Positions 29,421 to 39,150 of a stretch of 64,000 bases of DNA are shown piece by piece. The stretch's first letter is position 1. Every line of letters begins with the position of its first letter. This stretch comes from an uncultured Verrucomicrobiota bacterium (GTDB lineage: Bacteria; Verrucomicrobiota; Kiritimatiellia; JAAZAB01): the NCBI GenBank assembly GCA_964630555.1, contig CAZVVD010000002.1:1334-65333 (forward strand). Direction: 5' to 3'. Position numbers and translations under genes: made by a program. The notes beneath the pieces are model-generated. The model had not been told where the DNA came from. It ran no database searches and saw nothing but the letters and a program-made list of their open reading frames with translations.

Positions 29421-31688
29421 ATGCGATTACGGATACGAGTCGCCGGTTTGGTGGTGGCGGTTGGGTGCCTGGCCTGGATGGGGCTCAGTCCGTCCGCCGG
29501 GGCCGATCCGGTGGATGCCGCCGGGGCCAGGGCCGTGGTGCGGGGCTGGCTGGCCTCCAATGCGCGGCCGCTGGGCGCCGCGCTCGGCGGCGAAATCGAA
29601 GCCGTGGCGACCACCGCCGATGACACCGGCGCGGCAGCCTGGCATGTGGTATCCCTCCGGGGGGGTGGGTTCGTCATTGTCCCGGCCGACGATTGGCTGG
29701 AGCCTATCCTGGCGTTCGCGTCCCGGGGCGGTTTTGCGAACAATCCCCGCTATCCCTTGTCCGCCCTGGTCGCCGCCGACGTCAACGGCCGGCTGGCCGC
29801 CGTGCGGCAGGTTCGGAAGGGGGGCGCCTCCGTTCGGCTGCCGGACGGCTACCGCGCCGGGCAGGCGCGCTGGCGCGCACTCCGGAACAATGCGGTTTTG
29901 GCCGGGGACGGGGTTGGACTGCTCCCGTCCGTTTCCGACGAGCGCGTGCCGCCGCTGATCCAAAGCGCGTGGGATCAGGAAGAGGTGGGCTTTGCCTATA
30001 ACTACTGCTTCAATTACTACACGCCCAACCACTATCCTTGCGGTTGCGGGCCGACCGCGGTCGCCCAGCTCATGCGCTACCACCGGCACCCAGCCGCCGG
30101 GGTCGGTCCGAGATCGTTCGAAGTCGTGGTCGAGAACGATCCAAATGCCTACTGGACCCTGACTCTCAAGGGCGGGGACGGCGCCGGGGGGCCCTACCGC
30201 TGGGACCAGATGCCCCTCGATCCCGCCGGCGACACCCCGGAGGCCCAGCGGCAGGCCATCGGGGCCCTGTGCCACGACGTCGGCGCGGCCGCGCAGGCGC
30301 GTTACGGACCGATGGGCACGAGCTCGGATTTCTTCACCCTGGGCCGCGTGCTGAAATCGGTTTTTTACTACAGCCAGGCCATTGCCGGCTTCAACCAGTA
30401 CGAATCCATCGGCCTGGCCGCCCTGTATGGCATGCTGAATGCCAGCCTGGACGCGGGCCTGCCGGCCCTGTTGGCCATTGACGGGGATGGCGGAGGGCAC
30501 GCCGTGGCCTGCGACGGCTACGGGTACGATGGCGGGACGCTTTATCACCATCTTAACATGGGTTGGGGCGCGTACTACACGGCCGACAATGCCTGGTACG
30601 CCCTGCCGCAGATTGATTCCGTCGGGATCGCCTTCGATGCCGTGCACGCCTGTCTTTATAATGTGTACCCGAGCGGATCCGGCGAGATCATCAGCGGGCG
30701 GATCACCGACAGCGGCGGCCGGCCGGTCGCCGGGGCCACGGTGACGGCCCAGCAGTCCGGCGCCGGCGCCCGCGCCGTGACCTCCGATAGCCGCGGCATT
30801 TACGCGTTCTCGCGACTGCCGTCGTCAACCCAGTTCTCGCTGCGGGCGGAGAAGGCCGGGCTCGCCTTTTCCGACCGCACGGTCTCCACGGGCCGCTCCG
30901 AGGATTACGCTAATACCAGCGGCAACCAATGGGGCATCGATTTCGTGGGGAGCGGAGGGGTCGGGCCCGATCCGGACCCGGCCAACCAGGCGGCGGCGTC
31001 GGATTATGACGGGGACCGGCTGGCCGATCCGGCGGTCTATCTGCCTGCCGCCGGCAGGCTGTATGTCTGGCTCTCCTCGCAGAACTATGTGCTCTCCGGG
31101 CCTCATGCCTTTGCCGTGGCGGGCTACTCAAACGCCGTGCCCGCGGATTACGACGGGGACGGCAAGGCTGACCCGGCGGTTTGCCGGGCCGCCACGGGCG
31201 ACTGGCAGGTCTGGCTCTCGGCCTCCGGTTATGCCGGCGCGGGCGGGTCGTTCTATCGGTCGGGGTTCAGTCGGCCGGCGGCGGCGGATTATGACGGGGA
31301 CGGCCGGGCCGACCCGGCCGCGTTCAATCCGTCGTCCGGGGAGTGGACCGTGTGGCTGTCGTCGGCCGGTTATGCCGGCAGCGGGCCGCACGCGTTTGGC
31401 CATGCGGACTACTCCATGCCGGTGGCGGCGGATTACGACGGGGACCAGCTGGCCGACCCGGCCGTTTTCAGCGCCGGGCCGGGAAGTTGGTATGTCTGGC
31501 TGTCTTCCGCCGGATATGGCGGCTCAGGGCCGCACGCCCTGGGGCTGGCCGGCTATTCGGTCCCGGCGCCGGCGGATTACGACGGCGACCGGGTGGCCGA
31601 CCCCGGCGTGTTCAGCGCCGCCGCCGGCAGCTGGTGCGTCTGGCTGTCCGCCAGCGGCTACGCCCGCGTCGGGCCGATGACGTTTTAG
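29421..31688 (+). CDS. secreted C10 family cysteine peptidase (streptopain/SpeB-like) with carboxypeptidase-regulatory-like domain and five C-terminal FG-GAP-like repeats
   Basis: Signal peptide; catalytic Cys context YPCGCGPTAVAQLMRYH resembles the SpeB active site; propeptide-like N-domain; repeats ADYDGDGxADPAVxxxxxGxWxVWLS x5. Confidence 0.8.
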   Translation: MRLRIRVAGLVVAVGCLAWMGLSPSAGADPVDAAGARAVVRGWLASNARPLGAALGGEIEAVATTADDTGAAAWHVVSLRGGGFVIVPADDWLEPILAFASRGGFANNPRYPLSALVAADVNGRLAAVRQVRKGGASVRLPDGYRAGQARWRALRNNAVLAGDGVGLLPSVSDERVPPLIQSAWDQEEVGFAYNYCFNYYTPNHYPCGCGPTAVAQLMRYHRHPAAGVGPRSFEVVVENDPNAYWTLTLKGGDGAGGPYRWDQMPLDPAGDTPEAQRQAIGALCHDVGAAAQARYGPMGTSSDFFTLGRVLKSVFYYSQAIAGFNQYESIGLAALYGMLNASLDAGLPALLAIDGDGGGHAVACDGYGYDGGTLYHHLNMGWGAYYTADNAWYALPQIDSVGIAFDAVHACLYNVYPSGSGEIISGRITDSGGRPVAGATVTAQQSGAGARAVTSDSRGIYAFSRLPSSTQFSLRAEKAGLAFSDRTVSTGRSEDYANTSGNQWGIDFVGSGGVGPDPDPANQAAASDYDGDRLADPAVYLPAAGRLYVWLSSQNYVLSGPHAFAVAGYSNAVPADYDGDGKADPAVCRAATGDWQVWLSASGYAGAGGSFYRSGFSRPAAADYDGDGRADPAAFNPSSGEWTVWLSSAGYAGSGPHAFGHADYSMPVAADYDGDQLADPAVFSAGPGSWYVWLSSAGYGGSGPHALGLAGYSVPAPADYDGDRVADPGVFSAAAGSWCVWLSASGYARVGPMTF

Positions 31689-31729
31689 ATTCCGCGCGGC
31701 CGGTATGCCGGACGGCGGTTTCCGGAGGG

Positions 31730-32851
31730 ATGAAAAACATGCGCGCTCTGCTCCAGGCGGCCGTGTTCCTGTGCTGGCTGGCCTTTCCGGCCCTGGCCGG
31801 CCCGGCGCCGGCGTCCGGAGGCGTCACGTCCGCGCCGGCCGCCTTCCAAGCCGGCCCCGTTCCGGGCGCGGCCGAGGATGACCTCTTGGCGATGGAGCGG
31901 CGGACCATCGCCATCTTCAAGGAGGTTTCGCCCTCAGTCGTTGCCGTGGCCAACCGGGCCGTGCTGCGCGACCTGAACAGCCTGATGATGTTCGAGGTGC
32001 CGCAGGGGGCGGGGTCGGGATTCGTCTGGGACAAGCAGGGGCACATCATCAGTAATTTCCACGTGGTGTTCGAGGCGGCTTCCCTGCAGGTGACGCTGCA
32101 CGACGGCAACACTTACGAGGCCAAGGTGGTGGGGGTCGATCCCGATCATGACCTGGCCGTTCTCAAGATCACGGCCCCGGAGTCCGTGCTGGTCCCGATC
32201 CGGCATGGCGCCTCCGCCTACGTGCGGGTGGGCCAGACCGTGCTGGCGATCGGCAACCCCTATGGCCTGGACACCTCGCTCAGCGTCGGGGTCGTGAGCG
32301 CCCTGGGACGCAGCATCATATCCATGACCCAGCGTCCGATCTTTGACCTGATCCAGACCGATGCGGCCATCAACCCCGGCAACTCGGGCGGCCCGCTCTT
32401 GGATACCGCCGGCCGGCTGGTCGGGATCAACACGATGATTGTCAGCCCCAGCGGCGGCTACTCCGGCGTCGGCTTTGCCATCCCCTCCGACACCGTGCGG
32501 CGGGTGGTGCCGCAGTTGATCGCCACCGGCAAGGTCCGCCGCGCCGGGCTGGGCGTCCAACTCCTGCCCGAGCATGTGACCATCCAGGCCGGGGTAACCG
32601 GGGCCGCGATTCTGCGGGTCTTTCCCGGCACCGCCGCGGCCCGGGCGGGCCTCCAGGGCGTGCGCTCCACCCGCGCGGGCGGCCTGGGGCTTGGCGACGT
32701 CATCGTGGAGATTGACCGGACGCCCGTCCGCCGGAACGACGATTTCCTGGCGGCGCTTGACCGGCGCCAGGTCGGCGACTCCGTCAACCTCGTGGTCGTG
32801 CGGGACGGGCAGCGGCGCGAGGTCGCCGTGAAGCTGCAGACCATTGACTGA
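31730..32851 (+). CDS. HtrA/DegP family serine protease (trypsin-like domain plus PDZ)
   Basis: RBS GGAGGG; catalytic triad regions (HVV, DLAVLKI, GNSGGPL) and a C-terminal PDZ domain. Confidence 0.85.
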   Translation: MKNMRALLQAAVFLCWLAFPALAGPAPASGGVTSAPAAFQAGPVPGAAEDDLLAMERRTIAIFKEVSPSVVAVANRAVLRDLNSLMMFEVPQGAGSGFVWDKQGHIISNFHVVFEAASLQVTLHDGNTYEAKVVGVDPDHDLAVLKITAPESVLVPIRHGASAYVRVGQTVLAIGNPYGLDTSLSVGVVSALGRSIISMTQRPIFDLIQTDAAINPGNSGGPLLDTAGRLVGINTMIVSPSGGYSGVGFAIPSDTVRRVVPQLIATGKVRRAGLGVQLLPEHVTIQAGVTGAAILRVFPGTAAARAGLQGVRSTRAGGLGLGDVIVEIDRTPVRRNDDFLAALDRRQVGDSVNLVVVRDGQRREVAVKLQTID

Positions 32852-32869
32852 ACCCGGACCGGGGCCGGG

Positions 32870-33838
32870 TCAACCCGCGCCCGCCCGCCGGCGGCCGGCC
32901 AGGTATTCGACCAGCAGGCCGTCGCGCAGGCCCCGGTCGCTGACGGTCAGGCGCTCGATGCCCAAGTCCTCCAGCAGGGTGTCCAGGATGGCGGCCCCTC
33001 CGATGACAATGTCGGCCCGGTCCGGCTGCAGGCCGGGCACCAGCCGGCGCCGGGCCAGGGGCAGAGCGCAGAGGTGCCCGATGACCTCCCGCAGGCGCGC
33101 CGCGCTGACCTCGGCCGGGCATTGCAGGGCCTGTTGCGTCCAGCGGCGCGCGGCGATATCGGCCAGGGTCAGCACCGTCCCGGAGATGCCGATTGCCAGA
33201 TCCACGCGGTGGGACTTGAGCTGGCCAATGACCTTCTGGGCGCGGGCGCGGACCTCCTCCCGGAGGCGGTGGTAGAGGCGCGGGGGAACCGGTTGTTCGC
33301 GGGTCGGCTTGAGGAAGCGGTTGCTCAGACGGACCGCGCCCAGCTTCAGCATCGCCAGGTAGCGCGCCTGGTCCCGGTCGCCGACGGCCAGCTCCGTGCT
33401 GCCGCCGCCGATGTCCAGGCACAAAACCTGCCGGCCGCCCGGCCGCAGGGCCCGCGTGACCCCGAGGTACACGAGGCGGGCCTCCTCCTCCCCGGTCAGC
33501 ACGCGAACCTCGATCCCGGCCTGCGCGCGCAGCAGGCGCAGGAAGGCCCGCCGGTTGCCCGCGTCGCGCGTGGCTGAGGTCGCCACGGCGACGACCTCGC
33601 CGGCGCCGGCCGCGCAGGCCGCCCGGACCCACTGGCGGCAGAGCAGGGCGGTGCGGCGCATGGCGGCGGGGCCGAGGCGTCCGCCGGCGAAGCTGTCCTC
33701 GCCCAGGTGCACGACCTGGCGGCGTTGGTCCAGCACGCGGGGGCGCCGGCCGGGGGCCGCCTGGACCACCAGCATCCGGACGGCGTGGGTGCCGATGTCG
33801 ATAAAGGCGACGGTTGAGCTTTTTAGGGAACGGGGCAT
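32870..33838 (-). CDS. Ppx/GppA family phosphatase (exopolyphosphatase / guanosine pentaphosphate phosphohydrolase N-domains)
   Basis: ASKHA-fold motifs AFIDIGTHAVRMLV, LDIGGGSTELAV. Confidence 0.8.
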   Translation of the reverse strand: MPRSLKSSTVAFIDIGTHAVRMLVVQAAPGRRPRVLDQRRQVVHLGEDSFAGGRLGPAAMRRTALLCRQWVRAACAAGAGEVVAVATSATRDAGNRRAFLRLLRAQAGIEVRVLTGEEEARLVYLGVTRALRPGGRQVLCLDIGGGSTELAVGDRDQARYLAMLKLGAVRLSNRFLKPTREQPVPPRLYHRLREEVRARAQKVIGQLKSHRVDLAIGISGTVLTLADIAARRWTQQALQCPAEVSAARLREVIGHLCALPLARRRLVPGLQPDRADIVIGGAAILDTLLEDLGIERLTVSDRGLRDGLLVEYLAGRRRAGAG

Positions 33839-34263
33839 GGGGGAATTGCTGATTGATGATTTCTGATTGCTGATTGTCAGATAAAGTCATTCACCGCGGC
33901 TGGCGCGGATCACGCGGATAATCAGTCCTGATATCAGCGGCCAGCGGCGAAATCCGCGGTCAAACATCCTAGCATTCTTTGATGCTGGGCGTGAATCCCG
34001 GATCATAGCGCGTTAGGGATAACGCGCTCCACCCTGTTTGCCACCAAAAATCACATAAGCCAACCATGTCATCCGCGATCATCCGGCATCATGCTGAGCG
34101 CGTAGTACGATAGCATGGATGCTGTTGTTCAATTTTTTGATTTATATTATCGATCATCTGTTCTGGGTATCTATTCATATTCGCGGACGAGACGGACATG
34201 TTTCGCTCCGGAAAGTTCCCGAAGGTTTGGGCGACACAATCACACGACGCATAACATGATCAG

Positions 34264-34445
34264 GGTGCCACCGTGGGTTGAATTCGGTTTCCCGAGCTTG
34301 TCGAGGGATTCGAAAAAACAAGGCCAGCTTGGGTCGGATGCGGGCGCGCCGCGCGATGCGCCATACTCGCGTATGCGCGAGCGCGGGAAACCCGCAGACG
34401 GCCCAAGATCGCCAACGTCTTTTTCGAACCGAATTCAACCCGCCC
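34264..34445. repeat. approximately 180-bp imperfect palindromic element with terminal inverted repeats GGGTTGAATTCGGTT / AACCGAATTCAACCC
   Basis: Read directly. Arms also share CGAAAAA(A/G)AC. GC-rich palindromic centre. Lies in a 640-bp low-GC gap between rtcB and ppx. The 5' 24 nt (GGGTGCCACCGTGGRTYGAATTCG) recur at 39081-39104. Confidence 0.45.
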
Positions 34446-34474
34446 GGCTTGTGGGCAGTGAGCCATCATCGCTA

Positions 34475-35905
34475 TCACCCCTTGACGCAGACCAGCGGGA
34501 CCAGGCGGGCCACCGGCCGCGCCAGCCGCGCGCGCACCGCGGCGTCCACGACCGCCTCGACGTCCTTGTAGGCGCCGGGCGCCTCCTCGGCCGCGCCCCG
34601 CAGGGAGCGGGTGCGCACCAGGATGCGCCGCTGCGCCAGGTTCTCAATCACGTCCCGGCCCTGCCACTGCCGCGTCGCCTGGCTCCGGCTCAGCCGGCGC
34701 CCGGCGCCGTGGCAGGCGGAGCTGAAGGAGACGGAGGCGTCCGCGCCCAGCCCCGCCAGGATGTAGGAGGACGTCCCCATGCTGCCTCCGACGAGGACAG
34801 GCTGGCCGATCGCCCGCAGGTCCGGCGGCAGCTCCGGGTGGCCGGGCCCGAACGCCCGCGTGGCCCCCTTGCGGTGCACGAACAGCTCCTTTTCCACGCC
34901 GTTGACGACGTGCTTCTCCAGCGAGCAGGTGTTGTGGGAGACGTCGTAGAGCAGGGGCAGGGAGAGGCCGTCGAACAGCCGGCCGAAGACCTCGCGGACC
35001 AGGCGCGTGAGGATCTGCCGGTTGGCGATGGCGCAGTTGCAGGCGGCGCGCATGGCGCCAAGGTAGGCCTGGCCTTCCGCGGAATTGAGCGGCGCGCAGG
35101 CCAGCTCGCGATCGGGCAGGGCGATCCCGTGGGCCCGGGCGGCCTGGAGCATGGAGCGCGAGTATTCCGTGGCCACCTGGTGGCCCAGCCCGCGCGAGCC
35201 GCAGTGGATGCTGACGACGATCTCGTTCACGCGCAGGCCGAAAACGCGGGCGGCCTCGGCGTCCAGGATTTCGACGACCTGCTGGACCTCCAGGTAATGG
35301 TTGCCGGAGCCGAGCGTGCCCATCTCGTCCTGCTGGCGCCGGCGGGCCTGGTCGGAAATGTTCTCCGGGCAGGCCCCCAACACCTCGCCGCGGTGCTCGA
35401 TGCGGTCGAGGTCGGCCTGGACGCCGTGGCCCGCCTGGACCGCCCAGCGCGCGCCGCCGGAGAGCATGGCGTCCATTTCCCGGCGGGAGAGATGCAGGCT
35501 CCCGGTGCTGCCGACGCCGGCGGGGATGGCGGCGAACAGGGCGTCGGCCAGGCGCTCCTGGCGGGGACGGAGCTCGTCGGCGGGCAGGCCGGTCAGGAGG
35601 CTGCGGACGCCGCAGGAGATGTCGAAGCCGACGCCGCCAGCGGAGACCACGCCGCCGCGGTTGGCATCGAAGGCGGCGACGCCGCCGATGGGGAAGCCGT
35701 AGCCCCAGTGGGCGTCGGGCATGGCATAGGCCGAGGTCTCGATGCCGGGCAGGGTGGCCACGTGGCGGATCTGCTCCAGGACCTTCGCGTCCATCCCGCG
35801 GATCAGCTCCTCGGAGCCGTAGAGCACGGCCGGGACCCGCATCGGGCCGCCGGGCGGCAGCAGCCACCGGCATTCGGATTCGCGTTGGAACAGGGCGGTA
35901 TCCAT
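34475..35905 (-). CDS. rtcB: RNA-splicing ligase RtcB (3'-phosphate/5'-OH RNA ligase)
   Basis: Conserved RtcB motifs (MPDAHWGYGFPIGGV, HCGSRGLGHQV, HNTC, catalytic His in SACHGAGR region). Confidence 0.85.
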   Translation of the reverse strand: MDTALFQRESECRWLLPPGGPMRVPAVLYGSEELIRGMDAKVLEQIRHVATLPGIETSAYAMPDAHWGYGFPIGGVAAFDANRGGVVSAGGVGFDISCGVRSLLTGLPADELRPRQERLADALFAAIPAGVGSTGSLHLSRREMDAMLSGGARWAVQAGHGVQADLDRIEHRGEVLGACPENISDQARRRQQDEMGTLGSGNHYLEVQQVVEILDAEAARVFGLRVNEIVVSIHCGSRGLGHQVATEYSRSMLQAARAHGIALPDRELACAPLNSAEGQAYLGAMRAACNCAIANRQILTRLVREVFGRLFDGLSLPLLYDVSHNTCSLEKHVVNGVEKELFVHRKGATRAFGPGHPELPPDLRAIGQPVLVGGSMGTSSYILAGLGADASVSFSSACHGAGRRLSRSQATRQWQGRDVIENLAQRRILVRTRSLRGAAEEAPGAYKDVEAVVDAAVRARLARPVARLVPLVCVKG

Positions 35906-36008
35906 GCGGGAACATCTCCGCGAGCGCATTCCATGCTAACACCCCGCCCCGTGGAAGCCAAGCCGTCTTTTCGGAAACGGCGTCCGCCGAACCGGTGCTA
36001 CAAAGAGT

Positions 36009-36036
36009 TTGACAGCGTCATGGAAAGGCATACTTT
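36009..36036 (+). promoter_or_regulatory. sigma70-like promoter candidate TTGACA-N16-TACTTT for the SGNH-yhcH-GH4 operon
   Basis: Hexamers read directly, approximately 40 nt upstream of ATG 36078; divergent from rtcB. Confidence 0.3.
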
Positions 36037-36077
36037 ATGCGCCCATGGAGCGCTCCCGGAAAGGAGATGGGCAGGAG

Positions 36078-36722
36078 ATGACCACAAAAATCCAAAGCGG
36101 TCAGAAGGTCCTTTTCATCGGCGACAGCATCACGGATTGCGGGCGGCGCGGCGCCGAGCGCCCGCTGGGATCGGGCTACGTCAAGTGGTTCGGCGATCTG
36201 CTGATCCTGCGCGAGCCGGCCAAGCGGGTGGAGATCATCAACAAGGGCATTGGCGGCGATACCGTTGTCGGCTTGCGGAACCGCTGGGAGGACGACGTGC
36301 TCCGCCACCGGCCGGATTGGCTCTCGATCAAGATCGGCATCAACGACCTGCACAACCACCTGGGCGACCCGGCCGGGGGCATCTCGCCCCGGCGCTATGC
36401 CGAGGCCTATGCCGCGATCCTGGAGCGGACGGCGTCCCGGCTGCCGAAGTGCCGCCTCCTCCTGATTGATCCTTTCTACCTCAGCACGGAGAGCGCCGCC
36501 GGCAGCTTTCGCCGGGAGGTGCTGAAGGCCCTGCCGGAATACCTGGCGGTGGTGGAACGGCTCGGGCGCCAGTTCAACACGCGCCGGGTCAGAACCCACG
36601 CCCTGTTCGCCGCCCAACTTCGATACCGGGATCCGGACACCTTCGGCGCCGAACCCGTGCATCCCAACCTGACCGGGCACCTGCTGATCGCCGAAGCCGT
36701 CTACCAAGCTTTATCAAAATGA
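36078..36722 (+). CDS. SGNH/GDSL hydrolase (esterase, possibly carbohydrate O-acetylesterase)
   Basis: GDSIT block I (VLFIGDSITDCG), GGD block, DxxH C-terminal block. Confidence 0.8.
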   Translation: MTTKIQSGQKVLFIGDSITDCGRRGAERPLGSGYVKWFGDLLILREPAKRVEIINKGIGGDTVVGLRNRWEDDVLRHRPDWLSIKIGINDLHNHLGDPAGGISPRRYAEAYAAILERTASRLPKCRLLLIDPFYLSTESAAGSFRREVLKALPEYLAVVERLGRQFNTRRVRTHALFAAQLRYRDPDTFGAEPVHPNLTGHLLIAEAVYQALSK

Positions 36723-37168
36723 TCGTTGACGTCCTCGAGCGGGCCGCCTGTTATGACGGACTCGGGCCGCGCGTGGCCGCCGGCCTGCGGTTCCTCTGCG
36801 AAACGGAACTCGGGTCCCTGGCTCCCGGCCGGCATTCCATTGCCGGCGAGGAGGTCTTTGCCATGGTCTCCGAGTACCGGACCCGGCCGCGGGCGGAGGG
36901 GCGCTGGGAGGCACACCGGCGCTGCCTGGACATCCAGTGCCTGGCCGCCGGCGAGGAGGTCATGGGGTTTGCGCCGCTGGCCGGCCTGAAGGTCGCACAG
37001 GACTACGACCGCGCGCGCGATTGCCTGTTCCTGGAGGGGCCGGGCGAGTTCCTGACGCTCCGGCCGGGGCGATTCGTCCTGTTCATGCCGCAGGATGCGC
37101 ACATGCCGGGGCTGGCGGCGGCCGGGCCGGGGCGGGTGAAAAAGATTGTGGTCAAGGCGCGGGTGTAA
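36719..37168 (+). CDS. YhcH/YjgK/YiaL family protein (DUF386, beta-galactosidase beta-subunit-like cupin)
   Basis: ATGA overlap with the upstream stop; family-typical length and FxMPQDAHMP motif. Confidence 0.7.
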   Translation: MIVDVLERAACYDGLGPRVAAGLRFLCETELGSLAPGRHSIAGEEVFAMVSEYRTRPRAEGRWEAHRRCLDIQCLAAGEEVMGFAPLAGLKVAQDYDRARDCLFLEGPGEFLTLRPGRFVLFMPQDAHMPGLAAAGPGRVKKIVVKARV

Positions 37169-37201
37169 TCGTCAATCCGTAATTCTCCAACAGGAGGCGT
37201 C

Positions 37202-37390
37202 ATGGAAAAAATCGTCTGCAAGGGATCGCACCGGGGGCACTTGTGCGTGCTGGCCAGCGGCGGCAAGTTCGAGGAGATCCAGCGGCTGGCCGCGCGGCCG
37301 CGCTTCATCTGCTTCAACTGCGGGCGGGTGGCCAACTGCGCCAGGAATCTCTGCAACCCCATGGCCCTGGAAAAACCCGCGGAGCGGTGA
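37202..37390 (+). CDS. small Cys-rich hypothetical protein (62 aa; C6,H10,H13,C15...C37,C40,C46,C51)
   Basis: Perfect AGGAGG RBS 7 nt upstream of ATG. Located between yhcH and GH4 in the same orientation. Not recognisable as a known family. Confidence 0.45.
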   Translation: MEKIVCKGSHRGHLCVLASGGKFEEIQRLAARPRFICFNCGRVANCARNLCNPMALEKPAER

Positions 37391-37470
37391 CCGGGGGGCG
37401 TTCGCCCGCCGCCGGCGGTTTGCGCCGCTGGGATTGAATTCAGGCAGATCTTCAACAGGAGGATTATTCC

Positions 37471-38946
37471 ATGGGCATCAAGATTGCCATGATCGGCGCC
37501 GGGAGCATCTACTTCACGCGGACCCTGATGCACGACGTCCTGCAGGTGCCGGAACTGCAGGACACGACCTTCGCCCTGACCGACATCAACCCGCGCGCTC
37601 TCGACATGATGGTTCAATTGAGCGAGCGCGATCTCCGGGCCAACAAGCTTCCCGCCCGGATCACCGCCACGCGCAACCGGCGGCAGGCGATTGCCGGCGC
37701 TGATTTCGTCATCAGCATGGTGCGCATCGGCGGGCTGGAGGGGTTTCAGACGGACATCGACATCCCCCTGAAATACGGCGTGGACCAGTGCGTGGGGGAC
37801 ACGCTCTGCGCCGGCGGGATCATGTACGGCCAGCGCAATATCGCCGCCATCCTGGGCTTCTGCAAGGATATCCGCGAGGTGGCCAAGCCGGGCGCGCTCT
37901 TCCTGAACTACGCCAACCCCAACGCCATGAATACCTGGGCGGCCAACCACTTCGGCGGCGTGAACTGCGTCGGCCTCTGCCACGGGGTGCAGGGCGGGCA
38001 CTGGATGATCACCGAGGTCATCAAGCGGATGATCAACGGGGATAAGAAGCCGGAGGCCAAGGGCTACCTTCCCGTCGCCATGGACGACGTCGACATCGTC
38101 TGCGCCGGGATCAACCACCAGACCTGGTACATCAGGATTCTTTACAAGGGCGAAGATTGGACCGGGCGCATGGCGGAAGGTTTTGCCGCCCATCCCGAGT
38201 TCCGCAAGACCGAAAAGGTCCGCATCGACATGCTCAAGCGCTTTGGCTACTTCTCCACCGAGTCCAATGGGCACCTCTCGGAATACGTGCCCTGGTACCG
38301 CAAGAACCCCGCCGAGATCCGCAAATGGATCGACCTCTCGAGCTGGATCAACGGCGAAACCGGCGGCTACCTGCGGGTCTGCATTGAGGGGCGGAACTGG
38401 GCCAGGACCGAGTTCCCGAAATGGCTGCGCGAGCCGCCGGTGGACCTCGCCAAGCGCAAGCGCAGCATGGAGCACGGCAGCCGGATCATCGAGTCCATGG
38501 TCACCGGCCGGGTCTACCGCGGCCATTTCAACGTGGTCAACCACGGGATCATCAGCAATCTGCCGCCGGACTGCATCGTCGAGGTGCCGGGGTTCGTCAA
38601 CCGGCTGGGCCTGAGCATCCCGCGGGTCGGCGAGCTGCCGCCCGGCTGCGCCGCCGTCTGCAACGCCTCGGTCAACGTCCAGCGCCTGGCGGTCCTGGCC
38701 GGGGTGCGCGGCGACGTGGCCCTGCTCAAGCAGGCCATGATGCTGGACCCGCTGGTCGGGGCGATGTGCACGCCGCCGGCGATCTCGCAGATGACCGACG
38801 AGATGCTCGTGGCCCAGGCGCAGTGGCTGCCGCAGTACCGCCGCGCAATCCCGGCGGCCAGGCGCCGCCTGGCCAGCGAGCGCCGGCTGGGGACGCGCCG
38901 AACCCGCGGCGCCGCCCGCCTCCCGGTCAAGGGCGCGAGGAAATAA
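37471..38946 (+). CDS. glycoside hydrolase family 4 (NAD+/Mn2+-dependent alpha-glucosidase/alpha-galactosidase type)
   Basis: N-terminal Rossmann MGIKIAMIGAGSIYFT; GH4 catalytic Cys/His region; AGGAGG RBS. Confidence 0.85.
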   Translation: MGIKIAMIGAGSIYFTRTLMHDVLQVPELQDTTFALTDINPRALDMMVQLSERDLRANKLPARITATRNRRQAIAGADFVISMVRIGGLEGFQTDIDIPLKYGVDQCVGDTLCAGGIMYGQRNIAAILGFCKDIREVAKPGALFLNYANPNAMNTWAANHFGGVNCVGLCHGVQGGHWMITEVIKRMINGDKKPEAKGYLPVAMDDVDIVCAGINHQTWYIRILYKGEDWTGRMAEGFAAHPEFRKTEKVRIDMLKRFGYFSTESNGHLSEYVPWYRKNPAEIRKWIDLSSWINGETGGYLRVCIEGRNWARTEFPKWLREPPVDLAKRKRSMEHGSRIIESMVTGRVYRGHFNVVNHGIISNLPPDCIVEVPGFVNRLGLSIPRVGELPPGCAAVCNASVNVQRLAVLAGVRGDVALLKQAMMLDPLVGAMCTPPAISQMTDEMLVAQAQWLPQYRRAIPAARRRLASERRLGTRRTRGAARLPVKGARK

Positions 38947-39150
38947 CCGCCGAAAGGGGTAGAAGCGGCGCCCTCATCGTTTCCCCATCATGTCAAAAAA
39001 ATGGCAAGCGACGGGGGCGTCGCTTCCACGAGCACCGCGGTTCGTGCGCCAGTGTTTTCCTTAGCGCTTTGGCGAAGGTTGGGTGCCACCGTGGATCGAA
39101 TTCGAGCCGCATGGCTTGCAGGCAAAGCCCGTGCCAAGCGGAACCTGGCG

